64,000 bases of DNA from Macrostomum lignano (GCA_002269645.1 NIVC01000102.1:763950-827949); one strand, 5' to 3'. Shown: positions 12,501 through 24,900, counted from the stretch's first letter. The notes: generated by a model from the letters alone, not told the origin. Translations and numbers: made by a program.

Positions 12501-13498
12501 TTGCCTTTTGAATTCTCGGCTGTGCCCCCGAGAACAGTTTAGTGGGCCTTAAACAGATGGGATGTAAATTACTGGTTTGAAGCTTGATGATATCGTCAAT
12601 CTATAAATTGGTTGGACTTTTTACTTTGTGTAACTTTTATATCTAGATACATTTACTTATCGATAATAAACTGTTTAAAAAAGCAACGATTTTATGTTAT
12701 TGAACGAGTTTTACTAATCTACCCCAGAGCAATACATTTTATCCAAGTAGACTTTTGCTGTTTAAAGTCTAAAATAACTGAAACTTTTAAACTGAGCTTA
12801 TTTACAAAATTTAATGGTTTTAGGATGAATGCATCCGAAAACATTGATTGTGATTCGCACTTTGTACAAAATATCCAACTTGAGAACTGAAATTACTGCT
12901 AATGAAAATTTAATGAAAGCTCGTATTTTATTAAACTTCTGAATGTACGAACTAAACTGATAAAGGCATAAACTAAGCGAGTGTAGTAAATTCAGTACAA
13001 ACCGATTTCGTATACGGTAGATTAGTGGCCTTTGGCTCGGCGTAATAAGCTTTTGGCGTAATCCGACGCTATTACTAAATGAGAAAACTGAGACTTGTGC
13101 GTACGCGCCTCGATCTTCTGGCTAAAAAATTATTGCTAGGTAAGTGTTTTTTCCTTGCCGATGCTTTTATTAAAACCTTCAGTTGATTCGCAAAGATCTT
13201 CGCTCACAATCTCAAGACAAGAGCTGCCGTCCATTATTTGTTTATTCATGCACCTTTTTATGCGATGCATACGAGGGTACGCATACGAGGGTACGCGTAA
13301 GATAGCTGAGACTGTACAGCCCTGTCTTCTGTCTTCGCTTTTAATCAACACGGCTTTTTATAGCTGTATGTGACCATGTATACAGTACATTTTGTCAAAA
13401 TAGAGATTCTGCACTGAACCTTGCTTTCGCTTCGCTTATTTCGCATGAATTTTTGCTGCAATTACATGCACATTACAACCTCTATTGTGCTGTACTAT

Positions 13499-13730
13499 TA
13501 AACTTGTTTTCTTGTACAATGAAACTTGATTGTCTTGTACCGGTTGAACTTGTTTTCTTGTACAATTAAACTTGATTGTCTTGTACTATTGAACTTGTTT
13601 TCTTGTACAATTAAACTTGATTGTCTTGTACCGTTGAACTTGTCTTCTTGTACAATTAAACTTGATTGTCTTGTACTATTGAACTTGTTTTCTTGTACAA
13701 TTAAACTTGATAGTCTTGTACTATTAAACT
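13499..13730. repeat. 45-bp tandem repeat (dimer of related 22/23-bp monomers), ~5 copies
   Basis: AACTTGTTTTCTTGTACAATTAAACTTGATTGTCTTGTACTATTG repeats; 15-aa periodicity in ORF 13526..13756. Confidence 0.9.
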
Positions 13731-13754
13731 TTTCTGATACTTTTGACTTGTCTT

Positions 13755-14052
13755 GACTATTGAACTTGTCTGGTACTATTGAACTTGTCTTGTACTATTG
13801 AACTTGTCTTGTACTATTGAACTTGTCTTGTACTATCGAACTTGTCTTGTACTATTGAACTCGCCTGGTACTATTGAACTTGCCTGGTACTATTGAACTT
13901 GCCTGGTACTATTGAACTCGCCTGGTACTATTGAACTTGTCTTGTACTATTGAACTCGCCTGGTACTATTGAACTCGCCTGGTACTATTGAACTCGCCTG
14001 GTACTATTAAACTTGCCTGGTATTATTGAACTTATCTCGGTATTGAACTTGT
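13755..14052. repeat. 19-bp minisatellite (TATTGAACTTGTCTTGTAC), ~15 copies
   Basis: Direct period-19 repeats with CGCCTGG variants toward the right end. Confidence 0.9.
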
Positions 14053-14306
14053 CAACAGAATTTGAAAACTATAGTATATTTAGAAAGAAAAAATTATAGA
14101 CTACACACTTTCTCGCATACTAATTGTCTATAAAATCTATAGTTGACGCTATTTTTATATTAAAAATATGAATAACAGAAGCAAAATATACATGTAACTC
14201 CCTTGCATATTAAACAGGCAATCTTAATCTACATGCTTTACAAACTGAAAACCGAAAATTCCTATAATTCATCAGATGCATCATAAAATCTTGCTATACA
14301 AAGACT

Positions 14307-16265
14307 TCAGTCTTTGTTGCCAGCAGCAGCCAGCAGACTGCTGCTAAGTTGCAGTGCAGCCAGCTGCACAATGACAGAGTACATCACGGCCGATGCAAAG
14401 CAGAGCCAGCCGCACCCCAGCACTTCTTCCCTATTGACACCGGCTGCTCCCAGAGCTGCATTGAACACTCCAGTTGCTAGGTTGCTCAACAGGAAGCTCA
14501 GAAATCCTGCCTGATCAAATTCGGCCAGGTATTTCAGCTGGAGCAGCTCGTTGCCAGCTCCTGCTGAGTCCTGTTGAGACAGGCAGCCGCGCAGATTGAA
14601 CAGGAGCGCGGCGCAGAGCAGACATGAGCAGGAGATGGCGACAGCCCAGGCACAGTAGGCCAAATTTAACAAGCGTCTGCTTTCCGGTAGAATCCAAGCA
14701 AACTGAGCCACAGCCAGAGGCCTCACAAGCAGCGAGGCCAGCAGGAGGCCGGAAATCTTCATCCAGCGCCGGTCCCTGACCCAGCGGCCCAGCTGCACGC
14801 CAGCAAAGTACAACACCAGTAGGCCCGGTATGGAGGCCAGGCCTTCACGATTCTGACCAATCAGGCTGGACCGATTGTAGGGCTCGTAATGGCCAGGCGC
14901 GAGCACGGCTTTGGCCAAACCCGTCGCTAGGACGGCTTCGTGAGCCAGCGCTAGCAGCAACGCCAGGAGCAGCGGCGGTAGCGGCTGACGCATCAGCGTG
15001 GTGAGAAGCTCCAACGCCGTACCCAGAGCTCGAGCGATGGCCAACGAATAAAATGCGCTCCAGTGGACTCCGTATTCCCACCATTCGGCTGCGAAGCGCA
15101 GATGTGTCGGCGGGAACGGGTCCTTTAGCTGATCCGGGTCGGTCAGCTGGACCTGAGCTCGGTTTCTCATGACACGGTTGAATGCCAGCGACCTCTGTAG
15201 GATGATGCAAAGTCCCAGCCCGGTCAGGATGGCTGACTGACGGGTGCAGCGTCTGAGCACGCGGGAGCTGTGGGTGGAGTTGGGTCAGGATGTGAGGGGG
15301 AGTTGGGTCAGGATGTGAGGGTTGTAGTTGGGTCAGGATGTGAGGGGGAGTTGGGTCAGGATGTGAGGGGGAGTTGGGTCAGGATGTGAGGGTTGGAATT
15401 GGGTCAGGATGTGAGGCTGGAGTTGGGTCAGGATGTCGTGGAGTTGGGTCAAGATGTCGTGGAGTTGGGTCAGGATGTGAGGGTTGGAGTTGGGTCAGGA
15501 TATGACATGTGAAGGTTTGGAATTGGATCAGGATGTGAGGGTGAAGTTGGGTCAGCATGTGAGGGTGAGTTAGGTCAGGATGTGGAGTTGGGTCAGGATG
15601 TGAGGCTGGAGTTGGGTCAGGATGTGAAGCTGGAGTTGGGTCAGGATGTCGTGGAGTTGGGTCAAGATGTCGTGGAGTTGGGTCAGGATGTGAGGGTTGG
15701 AGTTGGGTCAGGATGTGAGGCTGGAGTTGGGTCAGGATGTCGTGGAGTTGGGTCAAGATGTCGTGGAGTTGGGTCAGGATGTGAGGCTGGAGTTGGGTCA
15801 GGATGTCGTGGAGTTGGGTCAAGATGTCGTGGAGTTGGGTCAGGATGTGAGGGTTGGAGTTGGGTCAGGATGTGAGAAGTAGTTGGGTCAGGATGTGAGG
15901 CTGGAGTTGGGCCAGGATGTAAGGGGGAGTTGGGTCAGGATGTGAGGGAGGTCTATCATCGATGATGCAACAATTACAGTAAAGCACCAAGCAATCTCAC
16001 CGATCCACACGCATGCGAGAACTAGATGACTGAGCAGTGGGTGCCACGGTGCCCAGACAGATAACAAAGCAACCGATGCCCAGGTCCATGAGGCCCGTTC
16101 CGAAAGTCTTGGACTTGCTAAACCGGTTATTCCAGCAGGGCAGGTCGCGACAGAAGATGCACAGAGAGGTGCAGATGTACAGGGCGCAGCGATAGGCAGA
16201 CAGAATCGGATCGAATGGCTGCTTTTCAGTAATGAGACAAGCAGAGTCAGCTGCTGATCTCCCAG
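14307..16265 (-). pseudogene. PIGW: PIG-W/GWT1 paralogue, 5'-truncated; exons ~16265-16001 and 15267-14307
   Basis: An exon missed by the ORF track reads PILSAYRCALYICTSLCIFCRDLPCWNNRFSKSKTFGTGLMDLGIGCFV and ends CG|GTGAGA (phase 2). Acceptor CCCACAG|C at 15268. The last exon has EYGVHW, NREG, SRRLLNLAY and SNLATGVFN. Upstream the frame enters antisense integrase DNA and hits a stop with no ATG. Confidence 0.8.
15272..15950. repeat. Intronic minisatellite, 21-25 bp unit (GGAGTTGGGTCAGGATGTGAGGCT)
   Basis: Fills the PIGW(-) intron 15268-16000; source of ORFs 15379..15822, 15582..15875 and 15697..15882. Confidence 0.92.
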
Positions 16266-17520
16266 AACTGTTTTTCCAAGTACCTGACGGCCGTGGCGAT
16301 TCCTGACCAGACTGCTGAGACTACTGCTCGCGCCTTCCTCTCCATCTGCTCCCAGACTGGACTTCCCCGAGTCACCCACTGCGATCAAGGACCGAATTTC
16401 GAGTCTCAGCTTTTTCAAGACACTCTGCGAGGCCTGGGAGTCACGAAGACAAGAACAACGGCTTACAATCCCAAAGGCAACGGATTAGCGGAGTCGGGCA
16501 ACAAGTCAGTGCTGCAGTTACTCAGGTGTTTCACCGAGCGAGAGAGCGAGTGGGAGGACAAGCTGCCACTGATCCTGCTGTCCTACAATTCCCGGGTGCA
16601 CTGCTCAACACAGCTGCCGCCACTGAAGGTGTTCACCGGGCGCGATCCGAGCCTGCCGGTCATCAGCCAGCAGTCCAGGCGATTCTATGACGTGCGCACC
16701 TACGCCGACAAGCTCGAGGGCGACCTGCTGCGAATTCGAGAGTTTGTCGAGGAGCATCTGGTGCAGGCGGCTGGCGAGCAAAAGAGCGGCTACGACAGGT
16801 CGACCGGGCAGCTGCGCATGTTCAGTCCTGGAGACGAGGTCCTGCTGCGCATCGAGCTGAGGGGCTCCAAGCTGGCGCCTTACTGGGAGCTGGGCTGGCA
16901 GGTGCTGTCGCAGCGGGATCTGGTAGTCGAAATCCAAAAGATCGAGAACGGCCGGACCCGCAGGGTGAATGTGAATCGTCTGCGGCCGCGGATCCTGCCA
17001 GTCCCTGACGGAGAGCGCTTCCTGCAGCCGCCCTTTGCGCACGCGGCTCACGGCGGCGATGAGGCGGACGAGGAGCCGCCCCCGAGACGCTACCCGGTGC
17101 GTAGGCGGATGCCGGTGGATCGCTATGTGGCCGGTTGAATTTTTGATTGACTCAGTGACTGTTCGACTGACTGTTGCGAATTATTTGAAAGCGAGAAATT
17201 CTTTATAACAATATTGTTCGAATGTTTTACTGTTCTTATGTTTCCTTCGAATTATTCGTTCGAATGTTATTGATCTTTTTCGCCGGGGAGGATTGTAGTG
17301 AGTTGCAAGTGTACTTGTATGCGCCAGTCGCTAGAGCGGGGTGGGGGTTGCTATTGTACAGCATGTACGTGCTTTTCACCCACCCCTGTCTCTATCTTTT
17401 ATACCCAGTTATGTAACAATCGTTGTATCGTATTTAACCTGCGTATCGATCTAATAAACGCCAAGAGGCTTCGTCAACTCTCAGTTGTATCTCTCTGCCT
17501 TAGTCTACAATTGCACTACA
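16266..17520 (+). mobile_element. 5'-truncated Gypsy LTR retrotransposon remnant: integrase C-half plus 3' LTR (17294-17520)
   Basis: CFSKYLTAVAIPDQTA, HCDQGPNFES, TTAYNPKGNGLAES and RRYPVRRRMPVDRY. PPT GGGGAGGA precedes an LTR bounded by the perfect inverted termini TGTAGTG...CACTACA, with AATAAA inside. No 5' LTR, gag or RT. Confidence 0.85.
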
Positions 17521-17589
17521 TGATATAAAGGGATTTTTGCTCCTGATGAGTAAAAGAGTATTGCGCTAGCTGGGGCAATTGTTGTACTA

Positions 17590-18772
17590 GATTGCTATTG
17601 GGGGAGGGGAGGCTTGCTATGTGGGGAATGCTTGCTATCTGGGGAATGCTTGCTATCTGGGGAATGCTTGCTATGTGGGGAATGCTTGCTATGTGGGGAA
17701 TGCTTGCTATGTGGGGAATGCTTGCTATCTGGGGAATGCTTGCTATGTGGGGAATGCTTGCTATGTGGGGAATACTTGCTATCTGGGGAATGCTTGCTAT
17801 GTGGGGAATGCTTGCTATGTGGGGAATGCTTGCTATGTGGGGAATACTTGCTATCTGGGGAATACTTGCTATCTGTGGAATGCTTACTATCTGGGGAATG
17901 CTTGCTATCTGGGGAATGCTTGCTATCTGGGGAATGCTTGCTATGTGGGGAATGCTTGCTATGTGGGGAATGCTTGCTATGTGGGGAATGCTTGCTATGT
18001 GGGGAATGCTTGCTATCTGGGGAATGCTTGCTATGTGGAGAATGCTTGCTATCTGGGGAATGCTTGCTATGTGGGGAATGCTTGCTATGTGGGGAATACT
18101 TGCTATCTGGGGAATGCTTGCTATGTGGGGAATACTTGCTATCTGGGGAATACTTGCTATGTGGGGAATGCTTGCTATGTGGGGAATACTTGCTATCTGG
18201 GGAATGCTTGCTATGTGGGGAATACTTGCTATCTGTGGAATGCTTACTATCTGGGGAATGCTTGCTATCTGGGGAATGCTTGCTATCTGGGGAATGCTTG
18301 CTATCTGGGGAATGCTTGCTATGTGGGGAATGCTTGCTATGTGGGGAATGCTTGCTATGTGGGGAATGCTTGCTATGTGGGGAATACTTGCTATCTGTGG
18401 AATGCTTACTATCTGGGGAATGCTTGCTATCTGGGGAATGCTTGCTATCTGGGGAATGCTTGCTATGTGGGGAATGCTTGCTATGTGGGGAATGCTTGCT
18501 ATGTGGGGAATGCTTGCTATCTGGGGAATGCTTGCTATGTGGGGAATGCTTGCTATGTGGGGAATGCTTGCTATCTGGGGAATGCTTGCTATCTGGGGAA
18601 TGCTTGCTATGTGGGGAATACTTGCTATCTGTGGAATGCTTACTATCTGGGGAATGCTTGCTATCTGGGGAATGCTTGCTATCTGAAAAAAGCTTGCTAT
18701 CTGGGGAATGCTTGCTATCTGAGGAATGCTTGCTATCTGGGGAATGCTTGCTATCTGGGGAATGTTTGCTTG
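17590..18772. repeat. 18-bp minisatellite (GGGGAATGCTTGCTATGT/ATCT), ~65 copies
   Basis: Period-18 array with a few variant units; open in several frames on both strands, which produces the 364-533 aa artefact ORFs. Confidence 0.97.
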
Positions 18773-18836
18773 GAGGGATTGAATTGCTGAGATGCCAAGG
18801 CTTACGGAGGGAATTGGAACAACTGCGTCCACTAAT

Positions 18837-18992
18837 TGAGACAGGGGCACCCACCAAGAGACACGGGCGCTCACCAAGAGACACGGGCGCGCATCAAGAG
18901 ACAGGTGCGCCCACCAAGAGACAGGGGCGCCCACCAGTTGACACAGGGGCGACAACCAACCAACCAAGAGACAGGGGCGCCAACCAAGACAC
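18837..18992. repeat. 20-bp tandem repeat (GAGACAGGGGCGCCCACCAA), ~7 copies
   Basis: Direct repeats; a single related unit sits at ~28497-28513. Confidence 0.85.
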
Positions 18993-20331
18993 CCTCTCTA
19001 ATTTAAACTCTTGCGAACTCCAAATGATACAGTTCAACGAAAGAATTTTTTCCCTGAGTTCGTTCGGTCAGGAGCGTCAGATAAAACTTATGGGTGTTGG
19101 CAGGGGAAGTCACCGCATGCTTGGCCTAATGGGGCGACGACAGAATTTTGGTACATTCGACGTGTATTATTCTATCATATCCATCAACTATTACCTTCTC
19201 AACTTATTCGTCTAAATAAGTTCAACCTGTCAGGAATGTCAGGTGTTTGAATTCTAGACAGTGATTGCAGTGATGGGCCGGGTTCTAGCGTTAGCTGCTG
19301 TTGACCTCATGATTGATGCTGTAAATGCTCTTGTAAGTCTTTAGAATGATGAAACCATGAATAGAAAGGCTTCAAGGCCTGACTGTCAAAGCATGCTCAA
19401 AATGCGGCCAAAGGTTGAACAATTGTAACGAATTGCCTTATACAGTATTGTTCTGTCAGTTCGACAGCTGAGCCTCAAGTCTTCGTGACCGCTGCATGAC
19501 GACGCGGAACTCTTGGAGGAAAATTTTTTCAACTCAAACTTTTAACTCTGAATTTTGCTTTAGGGTAATAAAAAAGTTCCTTTCCCTGTGGATAATTGGG
19601 ACGTTTCTTCTTCGTACTGAAATGAATGCCAGCTTATTGACCCTTTTGGATGACGGACCAGTAAGATTGTGATAGGGGGCATTGCCCTCTTCTGCTTACA
19701 TTGAAATAGCAGTGCCTCTGTGCGTCATCTCCTGTCCTTTTTCTGCCCCCCAAAGGGCCCTGCTTGGACTCAACCGCAGGGACATCAAGGCGGTAGCAAA
19801 TGGCCTTCTTAGGTTACGGATGATTCGTTAAGTAACGCTACTACCAGAGGCAAATCTTCAGTGAGGAATGCCCATTTTGCTTCTCCAGTGTCGAGAAGCA
19901 CTTCGTCTGTGACTGCCCAGCCTTTAAAGGCTCAGGCTCACCTACCTCGGACCAAAGTAAGCCGGACCTCCCCGACACTTTCAGCTCTGCCAGCTCGTCC
20001 GCTACCATAGGGCTACAGGGCGAGCGACCATCCACCTCCCGGACTCTACGAAGGGGCACCCAATTGGGACACCGGCACCACCGGATCTTCCTGCGCAGCT
20101 CGTAGTTTGCTAGGGCCAAGACACAGTCAACATGGTTTATCATTCACCTCATTTTCATTTTCATTTTCCTTTCCACCAATCAAAACTTTCCTGAAGAGCT
20201 AGCACACGATTGGTCAGAGAAAAACAAATATAATCGGCTTGTTGTTGGAAATTTTTACTTAGGAGCGATCTGCATCGTCTCTGGTTTATTAATTTGACAA
20301 ATTTAGAAAACCCAGCAGCCTACAAGCAAAA

Positions 20332-21075
20332 ATGACCAGCGTATCGAATATTTTGGCCTGGATGAGTCTTTTGCTCGGCCTCACCACTGCCAGCCAGCAG
20401 GTGTACAGCCTCATTGACGGCAGCCTCTGCATCAACGGCGAGTTTGTTGAGACCTACTCAAGCGAACTCAAAAAAGTCGAGTGCGCCGCTCTGTGCGCCC
20501 AGAACCAGCGCTGTCAGGCGTTCAGCCTGGCTGACGGTCCGTGCCAGCTGTTCGTGTTCGACAAGTGCAGCAAGTCGGTGAGGAGCTGCGGCTGCTCCAG
20601 GAGAGGCCGGGTGTTCGTCAAGCAGCGGCCGGGACTCGAGGCGGGCGCGCTGTGTCCGTCTGGCTACGGCATGGACCTGTGCGGAGTGAAGTACAGGCTG
20701 TACTCTGGCATCGGGACGTGGTGGCCGAGCAGACAGAAGTGTGAGTCAGAGAGCGGTCTGGTCATCATGGCCGACGTGACCAGCGCCCAGGAGATGAGCC
20801 ACGTGAACTCCATCTACTCGAACTACAGCTCTGGACAATCGATCTGGCTCGGAGGCTTCCAGCCAGCAGGCAGTGCGGAGCCTATGGGCGGCTGGTACTG
20901 GGTCGGCTGCAACAACAGCGTCGGCGGCTTCTGGGTCAGTGGCCAGCCCAACAACTACGGTGGCATTGACAATGCAATTGCAAAATACCTCAATTTCATG
21001 GGTCTCACGGATATCGGCGACACGTACGGTGCTGTTTCCAATGTTCTGTGCGAGTGCCTGTCGCCTTTTGCTTGA
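20332..21075 (+). CDS. Secreted PAN/apple + C-type lectin domain protein (copy 1, QPN), 247 aa, intronless
   Basis: Signal-peptide-like N-terminus; PAN motif CAALCAQNQRCQAFSL..CQL; CTLD motifs SRQKCES, WLGG, WYW, FW..GQPNN and terminal VLCEC. Confidence 0.88.
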   Translation: MTSVSNILAWMSLLLGLTTASQQVYSLIDGSLCINGEFVETYSSELKKVECAALCAQNQRCQAFSLADGPCQLFVFDKCSKSVRSCGCSRRGRVFVKQRPGLEAGALCPSGYGMDLCGVKYRLYSGIGTWWPSRQKCESESGLVIMADVTSAQEMSHVNSIYSNYSSGQSIWLGGFQPAGSAEPMGGWYWVGCNNSVGGFWVSGQPNNYGGIDNAIAKYLNFMGLTDIGDTYGAVSNVLCECLSPFA

Positions 21076-22922
21076 GAAGCTGCAGGCACCGCCAGACAAG
21101 AGGAACCATGGATGGAGCGATTTATTAGTAAAACCATATTTCTGACACAATCAAAGTGACTGTCAACAACCGTGTGTAAGTGTCCAAAACTGATCACCTA
21201 ATAATGAAAACATCCCCTCTCTGTTTAGAGTACACAGAATTTTGTTCAATTTCTCAATGCGACCTTCTGACGCCGAAAAACAATGTATTTAGCAACATTT
21301 CGATAGAAATTCGGAATAATAATCAATAACTGCTGGAAGAGAGATGTTTAAAGAAGCTCCATTGTAGTGGTGTCTGCAGAGCTCGTGTCTGTTTGTTTTA
21401 TCAAATCTATCTATAGTTTGTAATTTTTACCTGGTGTTATTACGAAGTACAAAAAAGTTCAAATCCATAATACGAGGGTTCAAAAGTTTTAACAGTTTAC
21501 ATGTACATTGTCACTATTGTCGACAAGTCACAATGAAAAATTCCGCTACATGTAATTAAACTTTATTCTGCAGTTCATTATCCAAGCTTTTGCTTTCGAT
21601 TTTCGACCAAACCTTCTCTGAAAAACAAACAAGCTGTTTTCATCCAAAATCTGTTTGAGCTTTTCAAATATATTTAACATCAGATACTCCAATACTCTGA
21701 TGCTTGAACAGTTTCCATCAAAATTTTATTGTCACTTAGGATTCAGGCTTCATTGTAGAGTAGTGTCAGTGGATCTATTGTCCATTGATTTTATCAAATC
21801 TAGTTTGGAATTATTACCCAATTTTATTACGACCTGATAGATATTACCTACATATGTGTGACTTTGTGAAAGCACAAATCTTTGATACGAGCGTTCAATA
21901 CAGTTTACTTATTCACTATCGTCGAGCATGAAGTCCCAATAAAAACTCAGCTATTTAAATTTTATGTTGCAGTTCATTAGCCAAGCTTTTACTTCGATTT
22001 GCAACCGAACCTGACAATCAAAACTGTTAGTTTTTAAAAATAAAATTCAGTTTGAGCTATCACAATATATTTGACCTTAGTATACTTGTACTCTGATGCA
22101 TGAACATGCAGTTTCCACCAAGTTACTTGTCAAAAGTTCATCCGTTTAAAGGCCTGAAAAAATTTGCGAAAAAGAATTCGCACAACATATTACATACGAT
22201 TTAATGTCCTTTACAATCCTTTTCTAATGCTATGCCATCTTCTAATTCGAACGGATTCTGCTGTGTTCTTGAGAGCTTACAACCGAGATCGCGGTTGGTT
22301 AAATTCTTCCTTGTCTCAACTTTGTCGTTAACTCAAATAGAGCATGGGACTTCAGTTTGTGAATTAAGCTCCTTAAAAGCGAGGAAGAAAGAAGTGCCCC
22401 TAGGGCTGAGCTCCCGTCTTCTCAAAAATACCCACAAGTTCATCCCCTGCCGTCGATGGGGTGGGATGTCGCGTGGTTAACGACGTCAAGTTTGACACAA
22501 ACAGCGCTTGCAATAAGATTAGCATTCAACACGTTGAGTTGCTACGGGGGTGAAGGTGAGGCGGTTAGACTCATCCGTTTACTCTGGTTGAGTTGAGTAT
22601 TTGGGGGAAGTCAGTCCTAAGTTCTTCACTGTCCTCTTGTGCGGCCCGGTCCGCGCGTCCATCCCTCGGTTGCTACGCTCCTCGGAGTTGGCCATCGGTC
22701 TTAGGGGCACCCGCTGGCTCCTCCCCAGGAGCGGCGTCCGTGCCGGGCTCATCTAATATTCTCCGGCCAAAGCCTTTGCCTGTCAGCTGCCTCATCTTTG
22801 AGCTTTAGTTACCTTTGAAATGGATGGTGGCTGCTGCAGTTTTTGCCTGCGTTGCCGCATTCCACTAAAGACCCCTGATTGTTTGCTGGATTCCATTGTC
22901 TTGGTTGCATCATTGTTTATGT

Positions 22923-24900
22923 CGTTCAGCCTGGCTGACGGTCCGTGCCAGCTGTTTGTGTTCGACAAGTGCAGCAAGTCGGTGAGGAAGATATCTCAAT
23001 TTCATGGGTCTCTCATGGGTCTCAAGACTGCGCTCAACCTGGCTGGCGACACGGCCGAAGAGCGCAGAAACGAGCTGCGCACCTTCTTCGCCGCCATTGT
23101 CAACGCGCCGCCGCCGACTCTGCCGAACGAGATGCCGCTGCCCCCCGAGGTGGCGCTGCCGCGGCAGGAGGACTTCGACACCCGTCCTGTGACCAGCACC
23201 GACGTCGTGGAATTCGCCCGCAGGGCTCCGGGAGACCGCACCCCCGGCACGGACGAGGTCCCCGTCGAGGCGCTGCGAGTCACAAGGGTTGCCACTGAGG
23301 TGGCCCGCGTGATGAACGGCGTCCTGGCGGGAGGCCCCGCGCCCCGCGAGTGGACCCAGGCCAACATCGTCGGCATCCCGAAGAAGCCGGGCACTACACG
23401 GAAGGAGGAGCATCGTGGAATCTCGCTCATGTCCTGTACCGCGAAGCTGTTCAATCGGGTGCTATTAGCACGGTTACAGCCCGTGCTGGACTCGTTCCTG
23501 CGGTACGAGCAGAACGGGTTCCGCCCCCATCGCGGTACGGTGACGCAGATCCTGGCCCTCCGCCGCATCATCGAGGAGGCGCGCATCCACCAGTCAAGCC
23601 TTATCGTCATCTTTGTTGACTTCCTCAAGGCCTTCGACTCGGTGGCGCGCGGCGCGCTGCCTCACGTGCTCCGTGCCTACAACGTACCGCAGCAGCTGAT
23701 CTCCGCCATCATGGCGCTGTATCAGGACACCACCGCCGCGGTAGCGACGCCAGACGGACCGTCGGACCTGTTTAGCACGACCTCCGGAGTGCTACAGGGT
23801 GACACTCTGGCGCCCTTTCTCTTCGTGCTGGTGATGGACTGGGTGCTCAGGACCGGCCTGCCGACATCAGAGGACGGCTTTCTGCTGCAAAGGCGCACCA
23901 GTAGACGGCACCCGGAGAAGAAACTGTCTGTCCTTGGCTACGCGGACGACCTCGCCCTGCTGTCTTCCACGGCCGAAGGCGCCCAACGGCTGCTGGACGG
24001 CCTGACTGCGGCGGCGGCGAGGGTCGGTCTCGTCATCAACGCCAGGAAGACCGAGGTGCTGACGGTGCCACATGATCTACCCGCCGAGATTCGACTTCGA
24101 GACGGTGATGGCCCCGGGACGGCGCTCCTGAAGTGCCTTCAGTTCGTCTACCTCGGCGGGCTGGTGCCTGACGTCGGCGACGACCTAGCGAGACGGCGCG
24201 GCAAGGCGTGGGCTGCCTTTCGATCTGTGCGGGCGGTGCTGCTCTCCGAGGCCCTGTCCGACGGCGCCAGGTCCCAGCTGTTCCAGGCGGTTGTTGAGAC
24301 CGCCCTGCTGTACAATACTGAGACCTGGACGCTGACCGGGGCGCTTGAGGCGCAGCTCGACGCGGCGCATGCGGCCCTAGTCCGCGCCGCTTTCGGCGCC
24401 CGCCGCGGCCCTGGCAGCGAGACAACCGAGTCCCTGTACAAGCGCACAGGCCTGACGCGGCCTTCTGCCCTGCTGAGTCAGCGGCGACTGCGGCTTGCCG
24501 GACATGTCATCCGGGCCGAAGCCTACTGCCCAGAGCCGCTGCAGGACGTCCTGCTGTGGACCCCTCAGGGACCGCGCAGGCGTGGTCAGGGACGATCAGC
24601 CCGCTACGTCGACCGCCTTTTTGAAGATGCGCGAGCACCCAGCCAGACGGCCGGTGTGAAGCACATTAGAGACCTGGCTCTGAAACGCGCGATTTGACGC
24701 TCCCCCCTCTTGGCCACTCCGGTGGCTGGCGTGGGGCGTAACTATTATTATTATTATTATTATTATTATGGGTCTCTCGGATATCAGCGACTCGTACGGT
24801 GCTTCTTCCAATGTTCTGTGCGAGTGCCTGTCGCCTTTTGCTTTATTCTGAGAAACTAGGCACCGCCAGACAATAGGAGCCGTTCCAGATTGATTCACAA
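22923..24900 (+). pseudogene. Broken third lectin copy: PAN fragment 22923-22990, ~400-bp internal deletion, CTLD end split by an RTE insertion and resuming at 24768
   Basis: 22923-22988 is almost identical to copy 1 20519-20584 and joins directly to the equivalent of copy 1 20983. After the LINE, GGTCTCTCGGATATCAGCGAC...TGCGAGTGCCTGTCGCCTTTTGCT continues the lectin 3' end and its flank. Confidence 0.88.
23015..24767 (+). mobile_element. 5'-truncated RTE-clade non-LTR retrotransposon with an uninterrupted RT ORF to 24697
   Basis: RT motifs QNGFRP, QILALRRIIE, FVDFLKAFDSV, GVLQGDTLAPFLF and YADD; (TTA)n tail 24743-24767; 11-bp TSD ATGGGTCTCTC at 23004-23014 and 24768-24778; no endonuclease domain. 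Confidence 0.93.

Noticed and set aside
17516-19215. Five long ORFs (364-533 aa) of IASIPQ / CGECLL / GNACY repeats that look like Cys-rich or structural proteins
   Set aside because: All are readings of one 18-bp minisatellite that lacks stops in most frames; there is no codon-position bias or unique domain.
19260-19520. Possible degenerate LINE RT C-terminus on the minus strand (LYKAIRY...)
   Set aside because: Multiple stops and no second diagnostic motif.
19845-19930. Minus-strand VLLDTG resembling a retroviral protease upstream of lectin copy 1
   Set aside because: A single short motif among stops with no supporting gag or RT that I could read; too weak to call.
22820-23014. Treating the 625-aa ORF as a native gene or full LINE ORF2
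   Set aside because: The N-terminus is lectin pseudogene and flank DNA outside the TSD; the endonuclease domain is absent.
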